This document shows, in pieces, positions 29,670 to 39,886 of a DNA stretch of 64,000 nt; the first letter of the stretch is position 1, and the number at the start of each line of letters is the position of its first letter. A program made the translations under genes and the position numbers. The notes under the pieces are model-generated. The model was not told the origin of the DNA. It did no database searches and saw only the letters and a list, made by a program, of their open reading frames with translations. Source of the DNA: an uncultured Rhodoblastus sp. (GTDB lineage: Bacteria > Pseudomonadota > Alphaproteobacteria > Rhizobiales > Beijerinckiaceae). The DNA lies in the NCBI GenBank assembly GCA_964634325.1, contig CAZWJF010000009.1:94028-158027 (forward strand), written 5' to 3'.

Positions 29670-29902
29670 CTCGATGAGGCGGCCGAGCGCGCCGGGCGAA
29701 TAGTCGGCTGTGATTTCGGCGCGGTCGAAGATGCAGTTGCTCCCGGCGGTGAGGCCGCGCAGCGCGCGGCGGCGACCGACCGCGTCAAATCAACGCGAAA
29801 GCAGACGCGCGGTCAAACAATCGCCTTGGCGAGGTTGCATTGCGCCTCCTGCGCAAACCGGCTAGGCAGGCCGGCGATCGGGGCGAAATCGGAGCGCGTT
29901 GA

Positions 29903-31204
29903 ATGCGCATAGCGATGATTGGTTCGGGCTATGTCGGGCTCGTGTCTGGCGTATGCTTTTCGGATTTCGGCCACGACGTCGTGTGCATCGACAAGGATGC
30001 GGCCAAGATCGCTCAGCTCGAAGCTGGCGTCATGCCGATTTACGAACCGGGTCTCAAGGAGATCGTCGACAAGAACGTCCGCGAGGGGCGGTTGTCGTTC
30101 ACGACCGATCTCCCGGCGGGCGTGAAGGGCGCGAAGGCCATCTTCATCGCGGTCGGCACGCCTTCGCGCCGTGGCGACGGCTACGCGGATCTGTCCTATG
30201 TCTATGCGGCGGCCAAAGAGCTCGCCGAGCACGCCGATCGCGACGCGGTCGTCGTCACCAAGTCGACCGTGCCGGTCGGCACTGGCGACGAGGTCGAACG
30301 CATCGTGCGCGAGATCAGGCCCAATTCGCAGATCGCGGTCGTCTCCAATCCAGAATTCCTGCGCGAAGGCGCCGCCATCGCCGACTTCAAACATCCCGAC
30401 CGCATCGTCATCGGCACGGACGATGCTCGCGCCCGCGACGTGATGCAGGAGGCCTATCGGCCGCTCTATCTCAATAATCAGCCGCTGCTGTTCATGGCGC
30501 GCCGTACGGCGGAGCTGACCAAATACGCGGCCAACGCCTTTCTGGCGACCAAGATCACCTTCATCAACGAAATCGCCGATCTCTGCGAGGCGACCGGCGC
30601 CAACGTGCAGGACGTCGCCCGCGGCATCGGCCTCGACAACCGCATCGGCCGCAAGTTCTTGCACGCTGGCCCCGGCTACGGCGGAAGCTGCTTCCCGAAG
30701 GATACGCTCGCGCTGGTCAAGACCGGGCATGACGCAGGCAGCCCGCTGCGCATCGTGGAGACGGTCGTCGCCATCAACGATCAGCGCAAGCGCGCGATGG
30801 CGCGAAAAGTGATTGCGGCCTGCGGCGGCTCGGTGCGCGGCAAGACGATCGCGCTGCTCGGCCTGACCTTCAAGCCGAACACCGACGACATGCGCGACGC
30901 GCCCTCGCTGATGATCATTCCGGCGCTGCAGGACAATGGCGCGAAGGTGCGCGCCTACGATCCCGAAGGCATGGGCCAGGCGAAGGCTCTGCTCGACAAC
31001 GTCGAATTTGCGCAGAGCGCCTATGCGGCGATCGAAGGCGCCGACGCGCTCGTGATCGTCACCGAATGGGACGCCTTCCGCGCCCTCGATCTCGGCAAGG
31101 TCAAGACTTTGCTGAAGTCTCCCGTCGTCGTCGACCTTCGCAACGTCTACCGGCCCGATGAAATGGAGCGGCTCGGCTTCGACTATGTGAGCGTTGGCCG
31201 CTGA
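29903..31204 (+). CDS. ugd: UDP-glucose 6-dehydrogenase
   Basis: 433 aa. MRIAMIGSGYVGLVSG..., ...GPGYGGSCFPKD (catalytic Cys)..., LGLTFKPNTDDMRDAP. Confidence 0.93.
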   Translation: MRIAMIGSGYVGLVSGVCFSDFGHDVVCIDKDAAKIAQLEAGVMPIYEPGLKEIVDKNVREGRLSFTTDLPAGVKGAKAIFIAVGTPSRRGDGYADLSYVYAAAKELAEHADRDAVVVTKSTVPVGTGDEVERIVREIRPNSQIAVVSNPEFLREGAAIADFKHPDRIVIGTDDARARDVMQEAYRPLYLNNQPLLFMARRTAELTKYAANAFLATKITFINEIADLCEATGANVQDVARGIGLDNRIGRKFLHAGPGYGGSCFPKDTLALVKTGHDAGSPLRIVETVVAINDQRKRAMARKVIAACGGSVRGKTIALLGLTFKPNTDDMRDAPSLMIIPALQDNGAKVRAYDPEGMGQAKALLDNVEFAQSAYAAIEGADALVIVTEWDAFRALDLGKVKTLLKSPVVVDLRNVYRPDEMERLGFDYVSVGR

Positions 31205-31329
31205 TTTTGGCGCGTTGATTTCATTCTGCGGAACGACCGCCCGCTTGCCGAACGGGCGCGCGCCCTGCATTCTCCGGCTCGAGAAGTCGCGCTGAAAGTC
31301 GCGACACGGGAAACGCCAGAGCAGGGCTC

Positions 31330-32841
31330 ATGAACGCGACAGCGACACTCGAGCGTCCGGCTGCAAGAGCCGGCGCAAAGACCGAACATTTCGACGTACT
31401 TATCGTCGGCGCGGGCATCTCCGGCGTCGGCTCGGCCTATCATCTGATTCATCAATGCCCCGGCATGAGCTTCGTCGTGCTCGAGACCCAGGAAAGTTTC
31501 GGCGGCACCTGGATCACGCACAAATATCCCGGCATCCGTTCGGACAGCGATCTCCACACCTTCGGCTATCGTTTCAAGCCATGGGTCGGCAAACCGATCG
31601 CGACGGCCGAGGAGATTCTGAAATACATGGGCGAGGTGATCGAGGAGAATGTTCTTTCGCCCCACATCCGCTATCGCCACAAGATTCGCGATGCGCGCTG
31701 GTCGAGCGCGGACAATCTCTGGACGATCGACGCGGAGCGTCTCGACACCGGCGAGCGGCTGACCTTCACCTGCAACTTCCTGTGGATGTGCCAGGGCTAT
31801 TACCGCCATTCCGAAGGCTACACGCCGGAATGGAAGGACATGGACAAATATGAGGGCCGCATCGTCCATCCGCAGACCTGGCCGCAAGACCTGGATTACA
31901 AGGGCAAGCAGGTTCTCGTCATCGGCTCCGGGGCGACGGCGGCGACCGTCATTCCGGCGATGGCGCCCGACGCTGCGCATGTGACGATGTTGCAGCGTTC
32001 GCCGACCTATTTCATTCCCGGCCGCAACGCGATCGACATCGCCGAGCAATTGCGCAAGCTGCAGATCGACGAGGCCTGGATTCACGAGATCGTACGCAAG
32101 CAGATCCTCTACAACCAGGCCGACTTCACGCGCCGCTGCCTCGAGGAGACCGAGGCGGTGAAGAAGGAATTGCTCGGCGCTGTGCGCGCCTATCTCGGCC
32201 CCGACTATGATATCGAGAAGCATTTCACACCGAAATACCGCCCGTGGCGCCAGCGCATCGCCTTCGTGCCGGACGGCGATCTCTTCAAGGGCATCGCGTC
32301 GGGCAAGGCGAGCGTCGTCACGGACGAGATCGATCGTTTCACGAAGAAGGGCGTGCTCCTGAAATCCGGCAAGGAGCTCGAGGCCGACATCACCGTCACC
32401 GCGACTGGCTTCAACCTCTGCATGATGGGCGACATCGCCTTCGAGATCGACGGCCAACCGTTGAACTGGGCCGACACGATCACCTATCGCGGCCTGATGT
32501 TCACCGGCGTGCCGAACCTCGCCTGGGTGTTCGGCTACTTCCGCGCGAGCTGGACGCTGCGCACCGACATGGTGGCCGATTTCGTCTGCGCGCTGCTCAA
32601 CCACATGAAGGCGAAGGGCGCGAAGCGGGTTGAAGTGGCGCTGCGGCCGCAGGACCGCGACGAACCCGTCCTGCCGTGGATCGATCCCGAGAATTTCAAT
32701 CCCGGCTACATGATGCGCGGCATGGACATCCTGCCCAAACGACTCGACAAGCCGGAATGGCAGCACAGCCAGGATTACTGGACCGAGAAGGACGAGATTC
32801 CGAAAACGAATTTCGACGACGCGGCGTTCGTGTATTCGTGA
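31330..32841 (+). CDS. Flavin-dependent (Baeyer-Villiger / EthA-type) monooxygenase
   Basis: 503 aa. FAD GxGxxG (VLIVGAGISGVG), BVMO fingerprint-like FGGTW...YPGIRSDSD, second dinucleotide site VLVIGSGATA. Confidence 0.85.
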   Translation: MNATATLERPAARAGAKTEHFDVLIVGAGISGVGSAYHLIHQCPGMSFVVLETQESFGGTWITHKYPGIRSDSDLHTFGYRFKPWVGKPIATAEEILKYMGEVIEENVLSPHIRYRHKIRDARWSSADNLWTIDAERLDTGERLTFTCNFLWMCQGYYRHSEGYTPEWKDMDKYEGRIVHPQTWPQDLDYKGKQVLVIGSGATAATVIPAMAPDAAHVTMLQRSPTYFIPGRNAIDIAEQLRKLQIDEAWIHEIVRKQILYNQADFTRRCLEETEAVKKELLGAVRAYLGPDYDIEKHFTPKYRPWRQRIAFVPDGDLFKGIASGKASVVTDEIDRFTKKGVLLKSGKELEADITVTATGFNLCMMGDIAFEIDGQPLNWADTITYRGLMFTGVPNLAWVFGYFRASWTLRTDMVADFVCALLNHMKAKGAKRVEVALRPQDRDEPVLPWIDPENFNPGYMMRGMDILPKRLDKPEWQHSQDYWTEKDEIPKTNFDDAAFVYS

Positions 32842-32849
32842 TCATTCTC

Positions 32850-32869
32850 TCTCCCCGCTTGCGGGGAGA
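32850..32869. repeat. Palindromic repeat family B, copy 3
   Basis: tctccccgcttgcggggaga between the convergent stops at 32841 and 32876. Confidence 0.8.
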
Positions 32870-32875
32870 AGGAGA

Positions 32876-33706
32876 TCACTTCCCCCACCCCACGTTCCAC
32901 GCGGGCTTTCGTTTCTCGACGAACGCCCGCGTGCCTTCAGCGCCCTCCGGACTGCGAACCGCCGACACGAAATCCTCCGCCGCGCGGTCGAGCAAGGAAT
33001 CCATCGGCTCGCCGCCCTTGGCGACGCGATGCATCAGCGCCTTGGTGACCGCGACCGCTTCCGGCGCGCATTTGAGGATTTGCGCGATCGTGGCGTCAAT
33101 CAGCGCCTCCAGCGCTTCGGACGTCTCGGCGACCTCGTGCGCAATGCCGACATCGCGCGCCTGAAATCCATTGAGCTTGGCGCCCGAAACGCCGAAACGC
33201 CGCGCCGCGGTCAGGCCGATCCGGCGCACGACAAAGGGCGAGATCTGCGCCGGCACGATGCCGAGCATCGTCTCGCTCATCGCGAATTGCGCATCGGCCT
33301 TCGCGATCGTGATGTCGCCGAGACACGCCATTCCAAAGCCGCCGCCCATGGCGAAGCCTTCGACCACGACGATGACCGCCTGTCGGGCCTCGTCGATCAT
33401 CTGAAACAGCGCGCCGCCCTGCCGGTTCGCTTCCTTCAGCGCATCGTGCTCGCCCGGCGCGAGCGGTTTCGATGCGGCGCTGAACCCCTTGATGTCGCCG
33501 CCGGCGCAAAACGTGCCGCCCGCGCCGCGCAGCACGGCCACGCGCACGTCGGGCATGTCCTGCAGCGCCGCGAATGTTCGCCGCAGTTCCGCGCCCATGC
33601 CGGCCACCAGCGCATTGCGCGCCTCGGGCTTGTTCAGCCAGACGGTGAGGACGGGCCCCTTGCGTTCGAGCTTGATGAATTCCGGCGTTTCCGGCAGGCC
33701 CGCCAT
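32876..33706 (-). CDS. Enoyl-CoA hydratase/isomerase (crotonase) family protein
   Basis: 276 aa. ...VAVLRGAGGTFCAGGDIKGF...VVEGFAMGGGFGMAC... oxyanion-hole motifs. Confidence 0.85.
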   Translation of the reverse strand: MAGLPETPEFIKLERKGPVLTVWLNKPEARNALVAGMGAELRRTFAALQDMPDVRVAVLRGAGGTFCAGGDIKGFSAASKPLAPGEHDALKEANRQGGALFQMIDEARQAVIVVVEGFAMGGGFGMACLGDITIAKADAQFAMSETMLGIVPAQISPFVVRRIGLTAARRFGVSGAKLNGFQARDVGIAHEVAETSEALEALIDATIAQILKCAPEAVAVTKALMHRVAKGGEPMDSLLDRAAEDFVSAVRSPEGAEGTRAFVEKRKPAWNVGWGK

Positions 33707-33839
33707 TGATTTTTCTCCCGTTTCGCGGCCGTGCGCGGCCGTCTCGAATCCGATCTTACGAAATTCTGAGGATGGTTCAAATTTTTCCGCGGGGCGGGTA
33801 TGATGAGGCCAATCACAGAATTTTCAGGGAAGAAACGCC

Positions 33840-35654
33840 ATGGCCAGCGACGCGAAAAAATCCATCCGCATCGGCGGCGCCTCGGGCTATTGGGGCGATT
33901 CGAACGCCGCGCCCGCGCAACTCGTCGACAAGGGGAACATCGACTATCTCGTTTTCGATTATCTCGCCGAAGTGACGATGGCGATCCTCGCCAAACTCAA
34001 GAGCCGCAAGGACGATCAGGGCTACGCGCACGATTTCGTCTACGGCGTGATGAAGCCGCTGATCAAGAAGATCGCTGACAAGAAGATCAAGGTCATCGCC
34101 AACGCCGGCGGCGTCAATCTGGAAGCGTGCCGCAAGGCGCTCGAACAGGTGGCGCAGGAAGCGGGCGTCACGCTGAAGATCGGCACCGTCGAGGGCGACA
34201 ATCTCCTCGCGCGCGAAGACGAATTGCGCGCGATGGACATCAAGGAAATGCAGTCCGGCGCGCCGCCGCCGGCCAAACTGATGAGCGTCAACGCCTATCT
34301 TGGCGCCTTTCCGATCGCCGCCGCGCTCGACGCCGGCGCCGATATCGTCCTCACCGGCCGCTGCGTGGATTCGGCCGTCTCGCTCGCGCCCCTCATCCAT
34401 GAATTCGGGTGGAAGCCGACTGATTACGATCTGCTCGCGCAAGGCTCGCTCTGCGGCCATCTGCTCGAGTGCGGCGCGCAGGTCACGGGCGGCAATTTCA
34501 CCGATTGGAAAGACGTGGAAGCCGGTTGGGAAGATGTCGGCTGGCCGGTGGCGGAATGCTTCGCCGACGGGTCCTTCATCGTCACCAAGCCCGAAGGCAC
34601 GGGCGGCGCTGTCACGCCGCTGACCGTGGCCGAACAGATGCTCTACGAGATCGGCGATCCAGCCGCCTACATTCTGCCCGACGTCGTATGCGATTTCACC
34701 GGCGTGACGATGGTTCCGGACGGCGCGGATCGCGTGCGCGTCGCCGGCGCCAAAGGCCGGACGCCCACCCGCACCTACAAGGTTTCCGCGACTTATCCCG
34801 GCGGCTTCCGTCTTGTCTCTTCATCGGTGATCGCCGGCTACGACGCGCCTCTGAAAGCGCGGCGCGTCGCCGCGGCGGTGCTCAATCGCGTCGGCAAGAT
34901 GCTCGCCGACGCCGGCCTCGCGCCTTTCGGCGACGTCGCCGTCGACGTCATCGGCGACGAGGCGCTCTACGGCGCCAGCGCCGATCCGCGCCGCACGCCG
35001 CCGCGCGAAGTCGTGTTGCGCGTCTGCGTGCAGCACGCACGCCCGGAAGCCTGCGAATTATTCGCCAAGGAGAGCGTCGGCACGGCGCTGGCCATGACGA
35101 CCGGGCGTTGCGCCATCGACGCCGGACGCCCGTCCGCCTCGCCGATGGTGCGACTTTACTCGTTCCTGATCGACAAGGCGTTCGTGAAGATTTCCGTACG
35201 TCTCGACGGCGCCGAGATTCCGTTCGCGCCGTTCCTGCCTCCGAAAGACCACGTCGATGTCGTTACGCATCCGACGGTCGCGGACACGCCGCTGCCGGCC
35301 GGCCGACGTATCGAGGTTCCGCTCGTCAGGCTTGCGGTCGCGCGCTCCGGCGACAAGGGCGACGGCTCGAACATCGGCGTGATCGCGCGCAGGCCGGACT
35401 ATTGGCCAGCGATTCGCGCCAGCCTCACGGCCGATGCGGTGAAGGCCTATTTTGCGCATTACGCGAAGGGCGAAGTCCAGCGGTTCGACTTGCCCGGCGT
35501 GCACGCGGTCAATTTCCTGCTGCACAACAGCCTCGGCGGCGGCGGCACGTCGTCGGTCCGGCTCGACACGCAAGCCAAGACCTTCGGGCAATTGCTGCTG
35601 TCGATCCCCGTATCGGTGCCGGAGGCCTGGAGTAACGAACTCGGCGCGGCTTGA
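33840..35654 (+). CDS. AtuA-like (DUF1446) acyclic-terpene-utilisation family protein
   Basis: 604 aa. IRIGGASGYWGDS...IDYLVFDYLAEVTMAIL... is the DUF1446 N-terminal signature as I recall it. Confidence 0.7.
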   Translation: MASDAKKSIRIGGASGYWGDSNAAPAQLVDKGNIDYLVFDYLAEVTMAILAKLKSRKDDQGYAHDFVYGVMKPLIKKIADKKIKVIANAGGVNLEACRKALEQVAQEAGVTLKIGTVEGDNLLAREDELRAMDIKEMQSGAPPPAKLMSVNAYLGAFPIAAALDAGADIVLTGRCVDSAVSLAPLIHEFGWKPTDYDLLAQGSLCGHLLECGAQVTGGNFTDWKDVEAGWEDVGWPVAECFADGSFIVTKPEGTGGAVTPLTVAEQMLYEIGDPAAYILPDVVCDFTGVTMVPDGADRVRVAGAKGRTPTRTYKVSATYPGGFRLVSSSVIAGYDAPLKARRVAAAVLNRVGKMLADAGLAPFGDVAVDVIGDEALYGASADPRRTPPREVVLRVCVQHARPEACELFAKESVGTALAMTTGRCAIDAGRPSASPMVRLYSFLIDKAFVKISVRLDGAEIPFAPFLPPKDHVDVVTHPTVADTPLPAGRRIEVPLVRLAVARSGDKGDGSNIGVIARRPDYWPAIRASLTADAVKAYFAHYAKGEVQRFDLPGVHAVNFLLHNSLGGGGTSSVRLDTQAKTFGQLLLSIPVSVPEAWSNELGAA

Positions 35655-35726
35655 TCTGTCGCAATTTCATCGGAGCGGCCGAGGGCTATCAGATCGCCCC
35701 GGTCGCAATGGAGCCGATGAGGACAG

Positions 35727-36179
35727 ATGTCGACGCCTGAGATCGCTGCGTCCCCCACGTTTTCAGTGACGCGGAAAATCCGTTTCGGTCACACCGATTC
35801 GGCAGGCATCGTCTATTACCCGCATTATTTCGACATGTTCAACGGCGTGGTCGAGGACTTCTTCGACGATTGCGTCGGCGCGTCGTTTCAGGCGATGCGT
35901 GCGGCCCATTCGGTCGTCACGCCGCTGCGAAACGTGGAGGCGGATTTCGTCGCGCCATGCCGCATCGGCGACAAGCTCGACCTGTCGCTGACGCTGGTCG
36001 AACGCGGACGCACGTCGCTGAAATTGCGGATCGACGGCGCCGTCGACGGCAGCCCGCGCCTGCGCGCCAAACTCGCCATCGTCTTCGTCTCGACGGTCGA
36101 CGGGCGGGCGGTCGAGCCGCCGGCTCCGGTCGCCGCGCGGCTGAAGGAGCTCGCCGCCGCCGGCTGCGCGGGGCGCTGA
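35727..36179 (+). CDS. 4HBT/YbgC-type acyl-CoA thioesterase
   Basis: 150 aa. ...IRFGHTDSAGIVYYPHYFDMF... hotdog-fold thioesterase motif. Confidence 0.75.
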   Translation: MSTPEIAASPTFSVTRKIRFGHTDSAGIVYYPHYFDMFNGVVEDFFDDCVGASFQAMRAAHSVVTPLRNVEADFVAPCRIGDKLDLSLTLVERGRTSLKLRIDGAVDGSPRLRAKLAIVFVSTVDGRAVEPPAPVAARLKELAAAGCAGR

Positions 36180-36319
36180 TCACGCGTGTCGGCCGCCGTC
36201 CTGGCCCGTAAATGTTGGATTTGCGCCGTCTCCGAAATTTGTTATGATTCATACCTAATTGCGCCGTCGCCGCTGTGCGGACAGGAGAGCGCAAGGGTCG
36301 AATCGAACGGGAGGCGAGA

Positions 36320-37987
36320 TTGTCCGAGCCGCTGGCCGCGACGCCCTATGCCGCAAAACCCTGGCTGGCGCTCTATACGCAGGGCCTACCGAAGCGGATC
36401 GCGCCGGCGCATGGCGACGCTCTTTCCATGTTTCGCGCCGCCGTCGCGCGCGCGGCGGACAGACCGGCGCTGATCTATTTCGACGGCGCGCTGTCGTACC
36501 GCGACCTCGACCGCATGAGCGACGCGCTTGCGGCCGTGCTCGTCGCACGCGGCTTTGCGGCCGGCGATCGCCTCGCGATCTACATGCAGAACATGCCGCA
36601 ATTCCTGATCGCCGCGCTCGGCGCATGGAAGGCGGGCGGCGTCGCGGTTCCCATCAATCCCATGAACCGCGAGCGCGAGCTGACGCTGATCTTTCAGGAC
36701 GCGCAGCCCAAGGCGCTCGTTTGCCTCGATACTCTTTGTGCAGAAGTCGTCGACATCCTCCCGGCCGCGGTCGCGCGCCCCGCGATCGTGCTGACGACCT
36801 CACCCCTCGACCTCCAGACCCGCAACGACGCGCGCGTCCTGCCGCACGCGCGAGCAGCGACCCCGGGCGGCGCGGAAGATTTGCTCGCCGCCATCGCCGC
36901 GCACCAGGACGCGCCGCCGGCGCAGACCTCGCCCACACCCGACGACATCGCCTTCCTCGTCTACACCTCGGGCACGACGGGACTGCCGAAAGCGGCGATG
37001 AACACCCACGCCAACGTCGCCTTCAACGCGCAGGCGATCGCCGACTGGTATTCCTTGCAGGACGGCGACGCCATTCTCGGGATGGCGCCGCTGTTTCACG
37101 TCACGGGCCTGATCGCGCATGTCGCCATGTCCTGGCGGCTCGCCGCGCCGCTCATCCTGTCCTTCCGCTTCGATCCGGGCGTCGTGCTTGAAGCGCTCGC
37201 CGAGCGGCGGCCCGCCTATATGGTCAGCGCGATCACCGCCTTCATCGCGCTGCTCAATCATGCCGACTGCACGGCCGACAAATTCGCGAGCCTCAAGGCC
37301 GTCGTCTCGGGCGGCGCGCCGATCCCGCCCGCCGTCGTCGACGAATTTCGCGCGCGCACCGGCCATTACATTCACAACGGCTATGGCCTGACCGAGACCA
37401 ACGCCGGCGTGATCGCCGTGCCGCACAAGGTTGTCGCTCCGGTCGATCCGGCCAGCGGCGCGCTGGCGATCGGCGTTCCGAAATTCAACGCCGACGTCTG
37501 GATCGCCGACGAGACGGGCGCGCCCGCGCCGGTCGGGCAGCCCGGCGAAATCGTCGTCAGCGGGCCGAGCGTCTCGCCGGGCTATTGGCGCAAGCCGGCC
37601 GAGACTGCGGACGCGATGCGCGGCGACGGTTTCCGCACCGGCGACGTCGCGTTCATGGACGAGCGCGGCTGGTTCTATATCGTCGATCGCAAGAAGGACA
37701 TGATCGTCGCATCGGGCTTCAAGGTCTGGCCGCGCGAGGTGGAGGACGTGCTCTACATGCATCCTGCGGTGCGCGAGGCCGCCGTGATCGGCGTCAAGGA
37801 CGCCTATCGCGGCGAGACGGTCAAGGCCGTGGTCAGTCTGCGGCCCGGCGCGCAAGCGACGCGGGAAGAGCTCGTCGAGCATTGCCGCGCGAAAATGGCC
37901 GCCTACAAAAGACCGCAGGACATCGAGATCGTCGACGACCTGCCCAAGACCGTGACCGGCAAGATTTTGCGGCGCATGCTGCGCTGA
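36320..37987 (+). CDS. AMP-dependent acyl-CoA synthetase/ligase
   Basis: AMP motif LVYTSGTTGLPKAAM, ...GYGLTET..., ...FRTGDVA..., ...PKTVTGKILRR. Start set at TTG 36320 (GGGAGG 6 nt upstream). The GTG at 36275 is possible. Confidence 0.85.
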   Translation: MSEPLAATPYAAKPWLALYTQGLPKRIAPAHGDALSMFRAAVARAADRPALIYFDGALSYRDLDRMSDALAAVLVARGFAAGDRLAIYMQNMPQFLIAALGAWKAGGVAVPINPMNRERELTLIFQDAQPKALVCLDTLCAEVVDILPAAVARPAIVLTTSPLDLQTRNDARVLPHARAATPGGAEDLLAAIAAHQDAPPAQTSPTPDDIAFLVYTSGTTGLPKAAMNTHANVAFNAQAIADWYSLQDGDAILGMAPLFHVTGLIAHVAMSWRLAAPLILSFRFDPGVVLEALAERRPAYMVSAITAFIALLNHADCTADKFASLKAVVSGGAPIPPAVVDEFRARTGHYIHNGYGLTETNAGVIAVPHKVVAPVDPASGALAIGVPKFNADVWIADETGAPAPVGQPGEIVVSGPSVSPGYWRKPAETADAMRGDGFRTGDVAFMDERGWFYIVDRKKDMIVASGFKVWPREVEDVLYMHPAVREAAVIGVKDAYRGETVKAVVSLRPGAQATREELVEHCRAKMAAYKRPQDIEIVDDLPKTVTGKILRRMLR

Positions 37988-38020
37988 ATCCGAGACAGAC
38001 CTACTCGACTGGAGCCTGAG

Positions 38021-39808
38021 ATGACCTATCGCGCGCCTGTTTCCGACATGATCTTTGCGATGAACCACGCAGCCGGCCTGCAAAGCGGGATCGAGAGCGG
38101 CGTGTACGCCGATCTTGCGGACGGCATGGCCGAGACGATGCTCAACGAGGCCGCGAAATTTGCCGAGAACGTTCTCAATCCCCTGCATCGCGACGGAGAC
38201 CGCATCGGCGCGAAGTGGGCGGACGGAGTCGTCACGACGCCGCCCGGCTGGATCGACGCCTATCGCCAGTTCGTCGAGGGCGGCTGGCAGAGCATGACTG
38301 GCGGCGCCGGCCACGGCGGGATGGGTCTGCCGCAGGTGCTGCTGGCGGGCTGTCTCGACATGTGGAGCGCCGCCAACATGGCCTTCATGCTCGGTCCCGT
38401 GCTCACCTTCGGCGCGATCGACGCGCTGGAGGCTCATGCGTCGGACGAGATCAAGCACACCTATCTCGAGAAGATGATCTCCGGCGTCTGGCCGGCGACC
38501 ATGAACCTGACCGAGCCCGGCGCCGGCTCCGACCTGAACCCGCTGCGCACAAAGGCCGAGCGCCAGCCGGATGGAACCTACAGGATTTCCGGGCAGAAGA
38601 TTTTCATCACCTACGGCGAGCACGATATGGCGGAGAACATCGTCCACCTCGTGCTTGCGCGCCTGCCGGATGCGCCGGGGGGGACAAAGGGCATCTCGCT
38701 GTTCGTCGTGCCGAAGTTTCTGGTGAACGCCGACGGTTCGCTTGGCGCGCGCAACGACGTGCGCTGCGCCGGCATCGAACACAAGATGGGCATTCACGGA
38801 TCGCCGACCTGCATCATGGTCTATGGCGACGCCGGCGGCGCCACGGGCTATCTCGTCGGCGAGGAGAACAAGGGGCTGGCCTGCATGTTCACGATGATGA
38901 ACGACGCACGGCTCGCCACCGGCCTGCAGGGCGTCGCCATCGGCGAGGCCTCGTATCAGCATGCGCTGGCCTACGCGCAGGAGCGAAAGCAGGGCCGCGC
39001 CGAAGGCGCTCCCGGATTAGCGCCGATCATCGCCCATCCAGACGTCAAGCGTATGCTGATGACCATGAAGGCGCTGACCGAGAGCGCGCGGGCGATCTGC
39101 TATCTCACCGCCGGCGTGATCGACCGCTCGCGTCGCGAAGCCGACCCCGCCGCGCGCAAGGCGGCTGGCGATCGCGCCGGCCTGCTGACGCCCATCGCCA
39201 AGGCCTATTCCGGCGACATCGGCAACGAAGTGTCCTCGCTCGGCGTGCAGGTTCATGGCGGCATGGGCTTCATCGAGGAGACGGGCGCGGCGCAGTTCAT
39301 GCGCGATTCCCGCATCATCTCGATTTACGAAGGCACGAACGGCATCCAGGCGATCGACCTCGTCACGCGCAAGCTGCCGCTCTCCGGCGGCGCCGTGATT
39401 CGCGCCGAAATCGCCGACATGCGCGCCGTTGCGGAAGCCCTGCGCGCGACCAACGATCCGGCGTTCGGCGCGAGCGCGCAGCGTCTCGCGGAAGCGATCG
39501 ACGCGTTCGATCGCGCGACCGCTTTCATGCTCGACAAGGTCGCCAGCGCGCCGCAGGACGCGCTGGCTGGCGCGACGCCCTATCTGCGGCTGTTCGGCCT
39601 CGTTCGCGGCGGCGCCTCGCTCGGCGCCATTGCGCTAGCCGCCCATGCCGCGCGCGTCGCCGGCGAGAGCGCGCCGACCCATGCGAGCCGCATCGCTGTC
39701 GCGCGCTTCTTCGCCGAGAATATCGTGACGGGCGCGGGCGGACTCGAGACGGCGATCGTCGGCGCGGCGGAGTCGGTTCTGTCGGCGGACATCGCGCTCG
39801 CGATGTGA
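38021..39808 (+). CDS. Large acyl-CoA dehydrogenase with extra C-terminal domain (FadE/AidB-like)
   Basis: 595 aa. ...[11 protein letters not shown]..., ...QVHGGMGFIEETGAAQFMRDSRIISIYEGTNGIQ..., plus ~150 aa of additional helical C-terminus. Confidence 0.85.
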   Translation: MTYRAPVSDMIFAMNHAAGLQSGIESGVYADLADGMAETMLNEAAKFAENVLNPLHRDGDRIGAKWADGVVTTPPGWIDAYRQFVEGGWQSMTGGAGHGGMGLPQVLLAGCLDMWSAANMAFMLGPVLTFGAIDALEAHASDEIKHTYLEKMISGVWPATMNLTEPGAGSDLNPLRTKAERQPDGTYRISGQKIFITYGEHDMAENIVHLVLARLPDAPGGTKGISLFVVPKFLVNADGSLGARNDVRCAGIEHKMGIHGSPTCIMVYGDAGGATGYLVGEENKGLACMFTMMNDARLATGLQGVAIGEASYQHALAYAQERKQGRAEGAPGLAPIIAHPDVKRMLMTMKALTESARAICYLTAGVIDRSRREADPAARKAAGDRAGLLTPIAKAYSGDIGNEVSSLGVQVHGGMGFIEETGAAQFMRDSRIISIYEGTNGIQAIDLVTRKLPLSGGAVIRAEIADMRAVAEALRATNDPAFGASAQRLAEAIDAFDRATAFMLDKVASAPQDALAGATPYLRLFGLVRGGASLGAIALAAHAARVAGESAPTHASRIAVARFFAENIVTGAGGLETAIVGAAESVLSADIALAM

Positions 39809-39886
39809 CGAAAACGTAGTGAACGAAACCTTTTCGATACCAATCCTGCCTTAGACTGCCGCCTCGTTCCACCGAGGCGGGCTCTC

